This document shows positions 1-19,040 of a stretch of DNA of 64,000 bases, in pieces. Both the position numbers and the translations under genes were made by a program. The stretch lies in the NCBI RefSeq assembly GCF_009914755.1, contig NC_060929.1; one strand, given 5' to 3'. The notes under the pieces were generated by a model. It was not told where the DNA came from. It did not search any database and saw only the letters and a list, made by a program, of their open reading frames with translations. Each line of letters opens with the position of its first letter. Position 1 is the stretch's first letter. Source of the DNA: the human T2T-CHM13v2.0 reference genome, Homo sapiens.

Positions 1-1754
1 AATAGGACAAAGTTTCCCCTATAATGGGAAATTCAGATTTTTATTTCAGCATTACATTTTTAGACTCCATGAATTCAGATTTCTCTTGTTAAATTGCAGG
101 TCCTTCCCTTGATTCATTATTTATAAATTAATATATATTTGAAGGAGATATTATATGTCCCAGAAGCTACCCTCAAGAAGCAGAAAAAAACTTCCATATA
201 ATCTTCAAGATAGCACAAGATAATGCAAATTATATCAAACCTTTCTTAAAGAAATCAAAATAAACAACCTCGGTATAATCCAAACTATGAATACATAATA
301 TTCCTAGCCTTGATGGAATAACTGTAGAAAAATCATGATTATAAACTGACAAAGAACAAAAATTGTATGACTTTGAACAGTATATGATGTATATTGCAGA
401 TAAGCTATTGTGCTTATTTACTTTAATCATTAGCTTTATGCAAAAAGAGGAGGTATGAAATACTTAAAAGTTAAATAGTGAAAACCCTTGGTCTAGGTCA
501 TAAACCTAATAAAAAATTGACTCACTCTTCAGGTGTAAGACATTAAAGGATTAAGTGTGACTAAATAAAAGAAACATGTCTTGAGGTGTCTGCCTCCCCA
601 TAACTCTCTTCTCTAGCAGCTGCCTGTTAAAATTGCAGGTGCCTTCAGTCAAATTTGTGCCATGTGGTCTCAAAACAACAGCTCATTGAATTCGGGGTAT
701 GCATTGGACTGAAAGTATCCAGTGCTTTAACCAGCTGGTGATCAATCATATTGTCTATACTTACACTAAGAGGCACAAGTTGTAGGGTGTGGAAATGAGA
801 TATGTGATTGAATTCGATAGAGGCAACCTGACGTAGTCATTTTTAGCTATATGTATGCCAACAACTAAGCAGGTGGGATGTAGTCAGAAGCAGAAGATGG
901 AGCAGGTACTTAGACACAAATAAAAGGTGGATTGAGGAAGTCTTGATCTCTGGTTTTCCAGTTCCTGATTTCACAAGCCTACTTGTATTTCAGTTTTTAT
1001 ACACTTAAGCCTGCCTGTTGAATTCTTAAAATTAATCTCCCTTCACTGGAACTAGCTTGCATGGCTTCCTTGCAATAAATATTCCCTAAGATGCTTAAGC
1101 ACCTAGTTCTGATTGTCCTTTGAAAAAAATCAGTACAAACTGGCATACATTTTAAAAGTTTCTTTGGAAGTGATTATCTCCAAAAGCAAAGAGGTAGCCC
1201 ATCCACCTACCTAAGTGAGCTCCATGGTCCCTTACAAAATAAATGATCCAACATAATTGACCATGTGCAAGAAATAAGCAGCTATTTTACATTGTTTCAC
1301 TGATTAAGAAATCAGGACAAAGGAACTGTTAATACCAAGTAGCTATTGGTGCTTGAGAATTGGCATATTCAAATCAAACTCAGTGAAATAAAATGGAGAT
1401 GGATCTGCTTTTGGTTCTTGCTAGAGACATGTTAATTAACTTTTCCTTTCTATTAACCAACAGTTATATTAAAATGACAGTGGTTTTGCTCTCCTGTCTT
1501 TTATTCCTGTTGTAACAAGTATATAATCTTCTCTAACAGGAATTTCTATGTTTACTCTTGTGATCTCATTAGACCTAAATATTGTCAAATGTTAATGTAC
1601 CAAAACAGAATTTGAAATAATTTATTTCCTCTACTTTATTGCATTTCCAAGAATTGGAAACAATCGGTGTAATTGGCTATTTGCACCAAAAACACCTTCC
1701 TTGAGAGTACTCCATCAGTTGATTCTAAATCTAATAATATCTTTTTGTTTGTAC

Positions 1755-1870
1755 ACCATTTTAAAGTTTTCCAGGCACTGTCGTATGTAACATCTCATGT
1801 TGTTTTCAGTGGGAGAAGGAGATAATCCTATCTCTATTTGCAAATGAGAAGACAAAGGCCAAGAAATTCC
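1755..1870 (-). mobile_element. MIR SINE fragment
   Basis: 'ctctatttgcaaatgagaagacaaaggccaagaa' resembles the MIR core (cccattttacagatgaggaaactgaggc) in antisense. Confidence 0.55.
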
Positions 1871-1871
1871 A

Positions 1872-2467
1872 GTGCCCTATTTATCTGTGAGCTACAGCAA
1901 CAAATTACCACAATATTGTGGTCTAAACAATTTAAATTTATTTTACATTTCTGTAGGTCACAAATCCAACCTGGCCTCACCAGGCTAAAAGCAAAGTGTT
2001 AGCCGGGCTGCATTTCTTTCTGAAAGATCAAAGGCAAAAATCCATTTTCTTGCTTATCTAGGTTGTTGGTAGAATTCAGGTCCTTTAAAGACCAAGACCC
2101 CCATTTTCTTGACGGCTGTCAGCTGAGGCCCATTCCTGTCTTCTAGAGGCCAGCCGCATTGCTTGACTCATAGTCCCTTTCCTCCACCTTCAAAGCAATG
2201 AAAGACTTGTCCTTTCACATTTTAAATCCCTCCTCCTTCTTCTACTGTCTCATCTCTCTAACCAAGTTGGGAAGCATTCTCTGCTTTTAAGGGCCTATGT
2301 TATTAAATTGTGCCCACCTGGATAATACAGGCTGCTCTCTCCATCTCAAGGTCTGTAAACTTAATCATGCCTCCAAAGTCCCTTTTGCCATGTAAGACAA
2401 CACAGTCACAGGTTCTGGGTATTAGGGCATAAACATTTTTGGAGGTGCCATTATTATGCCTACTATA
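1872..2467 (-). mobile_element. MaLR solo LTR, MLT1D-like
   Basis: The reverse complement begins 'tatagtaggcataataatggcacctccaaaaatg...atggcaaaagggacttt', matching the recalled MLT1D 5' end; the other end has the typical 'acaaattaccacaa' motif. Confidence 0.8.
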
Positions 2468-3029
2468 TTCAGTGAAGGCTAATTTAGGTCTCAGAGGTTT
2501 CCTCTCAGGCACAAAACTTACAAGAATCTCCTTTCAACATGATTTAAATAACAAAAATAATATTCTAGTAATGCTATAATATTTTTAAAGCATCCTAAGA
2601 CCTTGGAAGCCAGAAAACATATCCTAAACACTTCTAAAAGTCTTCTGTCTACAAGATGGAAAAATTTTCAAAGTCATAGGCTAATTTGGTATCCAAAATA
2701 ATAAAACAGTGCTTAATTTCACAATATTGAGAAGTCTGAAAATGTGTTTTCTAGTCTCTACATTCTAAACACTGCACCTGTATTTTCTTTTCCCCCACTA
2801 CATCCCTAAATCAGAAAAGCTATCAAAATTATTTAGGTATTGCCTGTGCAGTTCCTTTAGTTTTCAAATAAACTCATGTTTTCAAAACTATCCTGCTTAT
2901 GTACAATTTTAGTGCCTCTTCTGGAATGGATACTATCTCATGTACATGCAAAAATCCTTACATATTGTGCCCCCTCCCATATGTCTATCCATATGGAAAA
3001 GACTTTATTTCTTTGACTCTAATCTTCCT

Positions 3030-5190
3030 AATCCTTCTTAACCTAATCTTGCTCCTTGCCCAGGCCTCTGACCAACCAGCTAAGTCATTTGCCACAGCCA
3101 TGTGTCTTGTGCCAGAGGTTTCTTCTCTTAAATCCAGAATTGATGAGGTTCACTATCCAAAGCTCTGCCTTTAGGAGGATTTCCCCCATACCACAGTCTT
3201 TCTGAGACATCTCTGAGTGCAGCTATAGTTCAAAATCAGTCAATTTTGTGTTTGCACCAACATAGCAAGTCAGCCAATCCATAAACCAAGCCCTGTTTAT
3301 GTTTTCTTTCAAAACTTCTGTCCACTGGATGGATGGAATGCCCATCAAAGTCATCTGTTCCAAGCTAAGGTATAAGTATCTGAGCAACTTACGTAATAGG
3401 GGAGTGTGCACTACCTCTTTCTGCAGCTTGACTATGCCTCTAGCCTTGCTCAAAACTCTCAAAAGTATTATTTTCCTCTTACAATGGATCCTACCATCTT
3501 ACTTACAGTAGGTTGCTGCTGGGCCCTCCTAACTTTGTGAATGAGAGGATTTGATACTCTCCCAACTCATGATGGGCAACTCTGGCTATATGGTCACTTC
3601 ATGTTCCATGCTTAGATGCTCAGTCTCTCTGAAGTCCCAGGGGCATCCTAAGAGTGTTTTATAAATGGTGTACAGCTCTTTGCAGAAGATTGAATAGCCT
3701 GTTTCAGAATTCTAGGGTTCTTCTCTGCCACTCTTCAACTGGGACTTTTCTAGTGTCATCTTTTTCTACCACAGTTATCTCTGATACCATGGTTTATATG
3801 ACCTAAATGGCAGACATGTTTATACTGCATTCTTGATGTGCTACACAGTCTTTTCTTGCTCTATATCCCACTCAAAACTAGCAGTATTCTCAAGTGCTAC
3901 CTCAAAAACAACAAAAAGGAATGCCAAGCATTTTGCTTCTCTCTTTATGGTAGGAGGTACAGGATACAGCATCATATCCTTTGCTTTGGAGAGAATGTCA
4001 GCGTGCTTCAGCTTTCTGCACCCCTAACCTCTTCACCAATGTGGCAGCCCTCTGAATTTTTGTGGTATTTATCTCTCACCTTCTGGTGTACATGAGTTTA
4101 CTAAGGTAGTCTGAAGGCTGAGAGCTTCTTGCTCTTCAGGTCTATTAAACACATTGCCATAGATATATTGAATGAAAGTAATGTTCAGAAGAATGTCCAG
4201 CCTGGCAAGTTCCATTTAAGATTATGTTGTGCAGCAGATGGAAGAGTTAACATTGACCTGGAGACAGACTGTGATAGGCACTTTGACTATTCAATATGAA
4301 GGTGAATCATTTATTCTTCCCTGGTGGTATGGAAAGAATGTATTCACAAGATTGATAGCTGCAAACTGTGTCATAGAGACTTCATTTAGGGCTAGTACTT
4401 AGTTAAGTGCCTGGTAATCCACTTTGATATGTCACAATTCATCAAGTTATTGCAAGTTTTATACTAGTAAATTAAATGAAGTTATGATTGAGACCACCAT
4501 GTCTGCATTATTTTGGTCTTTGAATATGGCACTAATCTCTGTCATTTTCCTTGGGATGCATTATAATTTGACTTACTGTATTGGCAGGGATAGGGAGAGA
4601 ACAACTTCAAGGATTCTACTTGGCTTTTCCTGCTAAAATAATTGGATTTACAGGTCAAAGAACAAATGTGAGTGTTCCATTATGAATATACATTTAGGAA
4701 CTAAAAAAACTGCCACCTAATGGATCACCATGGACCTAATGGACCCACCATGAGACGAATGTGGAATAGAACTCCATTTATGACTAGAATTGATATGTCC
4801 TTATTCTAACAGGGGGTCAGTGATTATGGTCTGAGTTCCCTGGTGTCAATGTCAATTCAAAGCCTGTATCCAGTAGCCCTCAACAGGTGTGGGTATTCTC
4901 TTTTCCCTAGTTGATTTTTAACCTAGTAAACAGCTACAAGTGTCTTTGGGGGAAGGAATGGGGTGATCAAATGCACACATTACTGTATATCTTTGCCATA
5001 GTGTTGGAAGGTCTTTCCTTGTGGGGACCCAGACTCTCCTTTAGTTGATGAATTCTGAGTAGAGTAATCGGTTCAGATGTAGAAACTGCTAAGGCATTCT
5101 GACTTTCCGCTGGGAGGCTGACCTCAGCCCTCTGCTTATCCAATCTTGACTTTTTTTCTGGAGATATATATGGTCTCAAATAAAGTTGAA
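3030..5190 (-). mobile_element. Decayed ERV-L-class internal region (protease, RT and RNase H relic)
   Basis: Minus-strand translation gives GLLDTGFEL (protease, about 4855-4880), AAINLVNTFF (about 4335-4362), a degenerate PQGYVNS-like motif (about 4240-4270), QYIYG in place of YIDD (about 4155-4172) and RAWFMDW..YVG (RNase H, in ORF 3223-3462). Many stops and frameshifts. Confidence 0.85.
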
Positions 5191-5227
5191 CTTTGACCTG
5201 ACCCCTGTGGCTATGGAGGCTCTAGAC

Positions 5228-5503
5228 CAGTGCTGCCCAACAGAAATACTGTGTGAGCCACATATGTACAAATAAATAGGTAAATTATTTTTAATACACT
5301 TTAACCCAAAATATGCAAAATATTGTCATTTTTACATGTAATCAATATAACAAATTATTCATAAAACATTTTGCATTCTTTCCTTCTTTGTAAATCTTCA
5401 AAATCACTGTGTATTTTACAGTTCTGACATATCTCAGTTCAGACTAGCCAGGTTCCAAAGTCTCAGTAGCCACATATGGTTAGCTCTATATTGGACATTA
5501 CTG
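5228..5503. mobile_element. hAT-Charlie non-autonomous DNA transposon, MER33/MER3-like
   Basis: Terminal inverted repeats cagtgctgcccaa ... ttggacattactg; degenerate 8-bp TSD ctctagac / ttgcagac; internal 'tcagtagccacat' motif. Confidence 0.8.
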
Positions 5504-5559
5504 TTGCAGACTGTAAGTTGCACCACAGAATGTCCCATTTTAATTCAAGTGGACTGAAA

Positions 5560-5795
5560 GAGCAAATTTAGACTTTAGTACCTTTATATCAATCAGTCAG
5601 TGACCACTCCAGCAAAGGAAAGTGGGTGTGAAAATTCCTAGACATCTCTGGGAGAGGCACCTCTCGCCAGTCAATGGTAATTCGCTGAAGAAGGTCACAG
5701 CTGTAAGCCATTATCCAAGCATTTTCAGTTCTTAGGGAATGGGTGCAGTGGCTGGAAAAGGAGACCAGGGTGGTAATCCTACAGTGTTCATTATA
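5560..5795. mobile_element. Old ERVL-associated LTR fragment (LTR33/LTR40/LTR41-like)
   Basis: 'cagctgtaagccatt...gggaatgggtgca...aaaaggagaccagggtgg' resembles the recalled end of these LTRs; it lies next to the ERV-L internal relic. Confidence 0.45.
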
Positions 5796-6039
5796 GCGTA
5801 CCTAAGTTAGCTAAAATAATTTTTGTAACTTGCATCCAGAAACCTTACAATGTAACAGAATACCTAAAGTGTGGTTTTATCTCATGCCCTTATTTTTAAG
5901 AAGGCTTTGTAATGTGAGCTACTCCCCAGATCTTCAAGTTCTGGGCTATTCTATTAAACAGTGAAGAAGAAAACAAAACGACCCTAATTTATCCAACTGA
6001 ATAAGTCTGCCAAGTGCAAACAAAGCCTTAAGTTAAAGC

Positions 6040-6183
6040 TGGGGCTCTAAAAACCTGGTCCCAGAATCAGTAGTATCTTGGAACTTGTAGAAAACACAGA
6101 TTTGGAAACTCTGGGGGTACATCCCAGCAATCCTTGTTGCAAGCAGGCCTCCAAGTGATTGTGATGTAGTCTGAAAAGTACTG
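6040..6183. mobile_element. MER5A-like DNA transposon fragment
   Basis: 'tggaacttgtagaaaacacaga...gaaactctggggg...cccagcaatc...caagcaggcctccaagtgatt' MER5A motifs. Confidence 0.65.
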
Positions 6184-7031
6184 AGTGAAATGCATGTCTC
6201 TCTGGAAATACAGCCTCAACCTTAGCACGGCAAAGCCTTTGACCCATGTGAAGAAGGCAGACTAGCTTCCTACATTGATACCCCTAATACTGGTGCACTT
6301 TCCATCAGAGATATAGGAGAGGCAAAAGGTCTTCATATTTGATACACTAATTAACATAGAGCAACTTACCACTCTGTATGGTAGATTGCTTGAAGCTAGT
6401 GTTCTGTTTTTCAGAGCATATGGAACAGAAATTGATTCTGAACTTTTACCTGATGTATTTCTGTGGAAAAGTGCAGACCAGTATGACACCTGCTGGTGCA
6501 ACAGGCCTAACACAATGTGACAGAGAAATAGAAATGACAGCCAAAGAGCTATGCCTAACCCTTCTGCCAAGCTGCCCTAGATTTGCTCAAATTCATGGCC
6601 AGGTAGACCTGGGGAGTTGACAAAGTGCTGATTCTTCTTTCTGCCCGGGGATGCAAGTCTCCCAGCCAAGTCTTAGAGAACAAGCTAATGATCAAGAGAT
6701 AAAATAAGTTCAATGAGAGGCCAAGCACAGAAAAGTCATCAAAACAGAGCCAAAGGGCCCAAAATACGTTGAAAATTATCCTTAACATCAAATAAAGAAC
6801 ATTTCAGTAAGCTGGGATTTTTAGTCACTTAATGATTAATCATTGAAACATTACTTGTTTATAACACATAGGGCAGAATTATGACAGAATGTTTAGATAT
6901 TGAGTTTAATTAGCATAATACCAATTCCTTTGTTTACAGTTGCCATCCATTACTATTTTGTTCTGACTCCAACACATCATGAAACTCTGCAAAAGTTGTT
7001 GCAAATATTTGCAGATATATCTACTCTAAAT

Positions 7032-11284
<4,253 letters not shown>

Positions 11285-11639
11285 TTTTATTAAATAAAAA
11301 AAATTTATGAAAATATTAAATAGACAATAAAATGTTAAAATACACTTTTCCATGTATAATAGCTCTGTTAACTATCTTGATGACCCTATTCCGTATTGTA
11401 GTTCACTAAACACTGACAAATAAATGCTGCCACGTATACCTTGGCTTGTTAACCAATCTCCAAAGAACTAAAACATACTAAAATGTACGACATTAAAAGC
11501 CATAATGAAGATAGATATGTGTATGAGAGAGAGTATTTTAGGTACTGGCTATATTTCTGAATTATAATCATGACCATTTCCTGGGATTGTACTGTTATTC
11601 ACGTGTGGTGGTACCATTAGTAGGGGTTACGTAAAGATA

Positions 11640-11750
11640 GATCTGAATCTCATTACCTCCATCTGCCAGATGCATGGCCCTAAGCAAGCCATTTCACTTC
11701 TTTGTGACTCAGTTTCCTCCTTTGTGAAATGAGATGAAGATAATGTCCCA
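11640..11750 (+). mobile_element. MIR SINE fragment
   Basis: 'tgtgactcagtttcctcctttgtgaaatgag' MIR core. Confidence 0.65.
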
Positions 11751-11789
11751 TTGGGAAATTGACTTACAATAGAAAGAAAGGGAAATGGA

Positions 11790-11880
11790 TCCTGGGAAGG
11801 CAAAATTGAGATGACAACTTCCATAATACCTGTCTTCAAATATTTGAATGTTTGACAAATGAAAAATAAACCCCTTTTAT
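11790..11880 (+). mobile_element. L3/CR1 fragment (5' part of an element split by the L1 insertion)
   Basis: 'ctgtcttcaaatatttgaa' is typical of the L3 3' region. Confidence 0.45.
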
Positions 11881-11933
11881 TTTGTGAAATCTCACACAAA
11901 ATAACAAGAATTAGTGTATAGAAGTTACTGGGA

Positions 11934-14600
<2,667 letters not shown>

Positions 14601-14689
14601 AGAAGTTACTGGGAAGCATATTCCTAATAAATACAAGATATAACTATATAATTATTACAGTCATCGACAATGAACAGACTGCACCAAAA

Positions 14690-14825
14690 AGTGAGGATGT
14701 CCTATCACAGTTTCCAAAGTTAGATGAATACTTGCCAGTGATCTAATACAGGGGATTTTTTGAACTGGGCAGAAAGGAGGAGCAGATGAAATCTAAGGTC
14801 CTTTCCATCTCAAAGTCTATGGTAC
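14690..14825 (+). mobile_element. L3/CR1 3' end
   Basis: 'tctaaggtcctttccattctcaaagtctatg' matches the L3/MIR3 3' terminus. Confidence 0.5.
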
Positions 14826-14966
14826 ATTCTATAAACATTCTAGCTGAAAATCATGTGTTGTTGCCGTTGCTGTTTTTTAAGTAACTTTTTAAGATATACT
14901 AGTATTTCTGAAAGGCCTCTGTCAGGCTCATAAGGAAACTGGATATGAAATTTTGACCAGCTTATC

Positions 14967-14982
14967 GGTTGCCATGGCAACC
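14967..14982. promoter_or_regulatory. Perfect RFX X-box palindrome (candidate cis-element)
   Basis: ggttgccatggcaacc is a 16-bp perfect palindrome containing the canonical GTTGCCATGGCAAC; an inverted CCAAT (ATTGG) lies at 15007-15011. Confidence 0.55.
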
Positions 14983-17623
14983 AGAGAAAGGGACGTAGCA
15001 GAACAGATTGGCTAGTGATCAGAGACTTGTTAAAGAGCAATTACTGCAAATGAGGAAAAAGTTGATACTATGCAATAACAATATCGGAGCAGTGTGGTTG
15101 ACCTATCATGTTAAGATTAAAAAATCAGGATTGAGTGTACAACCACAAAATATGACAAAAATTTTAAATATAAATGCTTACCTAAACAAAAGGAACAAAG
15201 ATATAAAGCATGATAAATAAGTACTGGTGCAAGATTAGGGTTAGAGGTTATTAAAGGAAGCTGTTCTGAATCAGTAAGTATGATTTTTTAACACAATGAT
15301 TCACAAGCAGCACTTATTTCCTGTTAAATGAATATTTAAATAAGTTGAGTGTGACTTCAAGACCTATTTGGAAATATAAGTATGGATGCTTGGATGATGC
15401 AGCATAAATGGATGTTGAAACCCTCTCATCTGCACAAACTCCTCATCCAATTTTAGTCAAACACATACTGGCCAAGATAAAATACAACTAAATCTAAGCA
15501 ATCATCTAAATGTGTCAAAAGTCATCTGGATGAGAGAAAAAAGTACTTCGATTCAATGGAAACAGATATTAAACTTATTTCAACATAATTATTAAGAAAT
15601 TCTCCACAAATAAACCTTTATCCATATACTTAACTGTTTTCTAAATACAAAATAATGAATTGATCTAGATTTGAAGCTATTTCATGGCTGGGCAGAGACA
15701 TTTCTGAACTTTCTAAAACTGTATACAAAATTGATGTCTATTTGCTTTCGCTTACAGAATATGGCCCATAGTTCCTGTAAGATTTTTTAAAGAAACTGTG
15801 ACCCATTAAGAACACTAGGTGACCCCATTACACTTCATGGGATCTGAAGCTGATCCCATTGATTCCATTCACTTCAGAAATTTATACCCTGAAACTTGTG
15901 CTAACTTCAATATTTCTGTAAAACTTATGATAAAAGGAAAGTATACTTCAAACTAGTCGCTAAAATTAGGTCCAGAAGTGATGCATGGGTTATAACAAGG
16001 AGTTTTTACACACTTGCAGCTGGTACAGATAGATTAGAGTAGCCTTCCCTCTTACACTGAGCTCAAAGGAGAAGCTCTGTCACTGGGCCACCACTCACCA
16101 TTAGGGGCCACTTCAAGTATTTTAGTTTGGAAGCACATTCCTAAACATACTCAAGAAGACATAAGAGGAAGGTAGATGTATTTCCATTACACAAATTAAT
16201 AAAAATAATGTGGGAATGTACCTCTGAATTAGCCTATTAGAGTTCAGAAGAGCAGATAGATAAAGGTAAATAGAGGCAGAATTACCTAAATATTGGAAAT
16301 GAAAAACCACAAAAAAATTTTTAGATTTATGGAATTTGGCTAAGTTCTCTGAAGCTAAAGTTATCTTCTTTTCAAATTACATCAATGCTTCTGGTCAAGA
16401 AAAGAGCCAGGAATGAAAATGTTGTGTCAGTAAGCAAGACATTAGAAGTGTCACAGGAAAAAAATGTTTCTGATGCATATGAATACCGAGCACACATGCT
16501 TCTGAGAATGAGTTATCTGTTTCTGCTCAGCAAAACAGGCGCCCTTTCAAAGGACCTGTGGACAGACATTTCCTTTATGCCATGTGATTACCTCCACCAA
16601 AATATTTTCCAGTAAATTTTAGAATATGAATTGCCCTCATGCCTACAGCCATGACTGAACTTAATCCCATTCCTAAGGTATGTTTATTGCTGAAATCCCA
16701 ACCCCTACTACCCCACTAATAAGTTATTTTCTTTTTCTCTGTCACTATTTTTTGTTCTCTTCCTGCTCCCCAAGTTCTAAAGCTCCAGCATTCCGCAGCT
16801 GGCTGGAGCCTCTCTGCCTCCCCCAAGGCACCAGCCAACTATTAGCACTGCTACCTCTGGGTCTTCAGTTCCTAAAGACAGAGGCTGTCTTTTCTTTCTC
16901 TTGCCACTGTGAGACTACCCTACTTCCTCCTAGGCCAGATTTTCTAAGTATATTGAAAATCTGCCTGTCCCCACTGCAAACACGTCTGTAGTTATTCAAT
17001 TAATGTTTAACATTGCATTCTCTAGACTATTTCCAACTGTTTTCATCTTTTATTATTCTTTCCTTCAATTTTTGCCAAAACATTCACCCTAAAATGTTAA
17101 AGGCTGAACCAGCTGAAGCTGATCAACCAAAACATTATGATGGGGTGTTTTTGTGTCCTTAAATCTGTACACCATTGCTGATGTGTTTGATTTAGTAATA
17201 AAATACTGAAATGTTTAGAATTGCCCAAGGCCATTAGTCCCTTTATGCCACCAATTATTTCCCATCTTTTAGCTGAGTATTTTATTCATTTTTGTCTTCC
17301 TACTTATGTTTTTAGATCTACTCTATTTCATGACTCAGAGTCCAGATATGCCATGAAAAGAATTCTTGATATTATATTGGTCTTAGTTTTGGAAAGTAAT
17401 GTGAGTTTACACTTTTTCTTGTTTCTTCTCTTGGTAAAAAAGTTTCTGTTTTTAGTGGAGAAAAGGAGATAGGCTTTAAATGAGGTTGTAGACAGATACC
17501 ATACTAAATAAGGAATCTTTCCTGTAGAAGCTTACCTTCTCAAAGTGCCTTTATCTTTTATCTTAAGTACAAATAATTTTTCTGAATTTGGTGTTACTCA
17601 TGAGCCTGATTACTATTCATAAC

Positions 17624-17706
17624 AGGTTGTATTTTCCAAAGATGGTCACCAAAATATCTCACCTCACATGCTTTTCTGCAACTTGACCTTAACATTCCTT
17701 CATCAT
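17624..17706 (+). mobile_element. MLT1G-like LTR 5' fragment
   Basis: 'ttgtattttccaaagatggtcacc...cacatgcttttctgcaacttgacctt' matches the recalled MLT1G start. Confidence 0.6.
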
Positions 17707-18345
17707 TCCACATCAAAATGTGTAAATATATATATATATATACCCAACACAGGAGGACCCACATTCATAAAGCAAGTTTTTAGAGACCTATGAAGAGACT
17801 TAAACTCTCACACAAAAATAGTGGGAGACTTCAATACCCCATTGAGAGTATTAAACAGATCATTGAGGCAGAAAATGAACAAAGTTATTAAGGACCTGAA
17901 CTCAGCACTTGACCAAATGGACCTAATAAACATCTCCAGAACTCTCCACCCCAAAACAACAGAATATACATTCTTCTCATGGCACATACTCCAAAATCGA
18001 CCACACAATCAGATATAAAACATTCCTCAGTAAATTCATGAAAATCGAAATTATACCAACCACACTCTCAGACCACAGTGCACTAAAGATGGAATTAAAT
18101 ACAAAGAAAATCGCTGAAAACCATACGTTTACATGGTAATTAAACAACCTGCTCCTGAATGACTTTTGGGCAAATAATCAAATTAAGAAAGAAATCACAA
18201 AGTTACTTGAAACTTCTTGATTTTGAAAATGAGAACAGAGATACAACATACCAGAATCTCTGGAACACAGCTAAGGCAGTGTTAAGAGGGAAATTTACAG
18301 CACTAAATACCCACATAAGAAAGAAAGATTAACAACCTTTCTATT

Positions 18346-18396
18346 AACAACATCACAACTAGAACTACATCACAACTAGAACAACATCACAATTAG
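18346..18396 (+). repeat. 17-bp tandem triplication inside L1
   Basis: aacaacatcacaactag / aactacatcacaactag / aacaacatcacaattag. Confidence 0.85.
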
Positions 18397-18997
18397 AACT
18401 AGATAAACAAGAGCAAACCAACCCAAAAGCTAGTAGAAGACAAGAAATAACCTAAACCAGAGCTGAACTGAAGGAAATTGAGATGCCAAAAACCATTCCA
18501 AAAATCAACAAAGACAAGAATTGATTCTTTGAAAAAATTAATAAGGTAAATAGACCACAGCTAGAATAATAAAGAAGAAAAGAGAGAACATCCAAGTAAG
18601 CATAATTAGGAATGACAAAGGGGACATTACCACTGGCCCCACAGAAATACAAATAACCATCAGAGACTACTATGAACATCTCTATGCATACAAACTAGAA
18701 AATCTACAAGAAATGGATACATTTCTGGACACATACATCCTCCCAAGACTGAATCAAGAAGAAACTGAATCCATGAACAGTCAATAACAAGCTCTAAAGT
18801 TGAATCAGTAATAAATAGCCTACCAACAACAACAAAAAAATCCCTTGACCAGCCAGATTCATAGCTGAATTCTAGCAGATGTACAAAGAAGAGCTAGCAC
18901 CATTCCTACCAAAACTGTTCCAAAAAATTGACAAGGAGAAACTTCTCCCCAACTCATTCTATGAGACCAGCATCATCCTGATACCAAAACCTGGCAG

Positions 18998-19038
<41 letters not shown>

Positions 19039-19040
19039 CA
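18998..19040. repeat. (CA)n microsatellite
   Basis: About 21 CA units with one interruption. Confidence 0.95.

Noticed and set aside
780-1085. Possible MLT1-type LTR remnant
   Set aside because: Only a vague resemblance at one end; boundaries cannot be supported.
16385-17472. Short ORFs of 76-103 aa in unique sequence
   Set aside because: No recognisable domain or splice context; lengths are within chance expectation.
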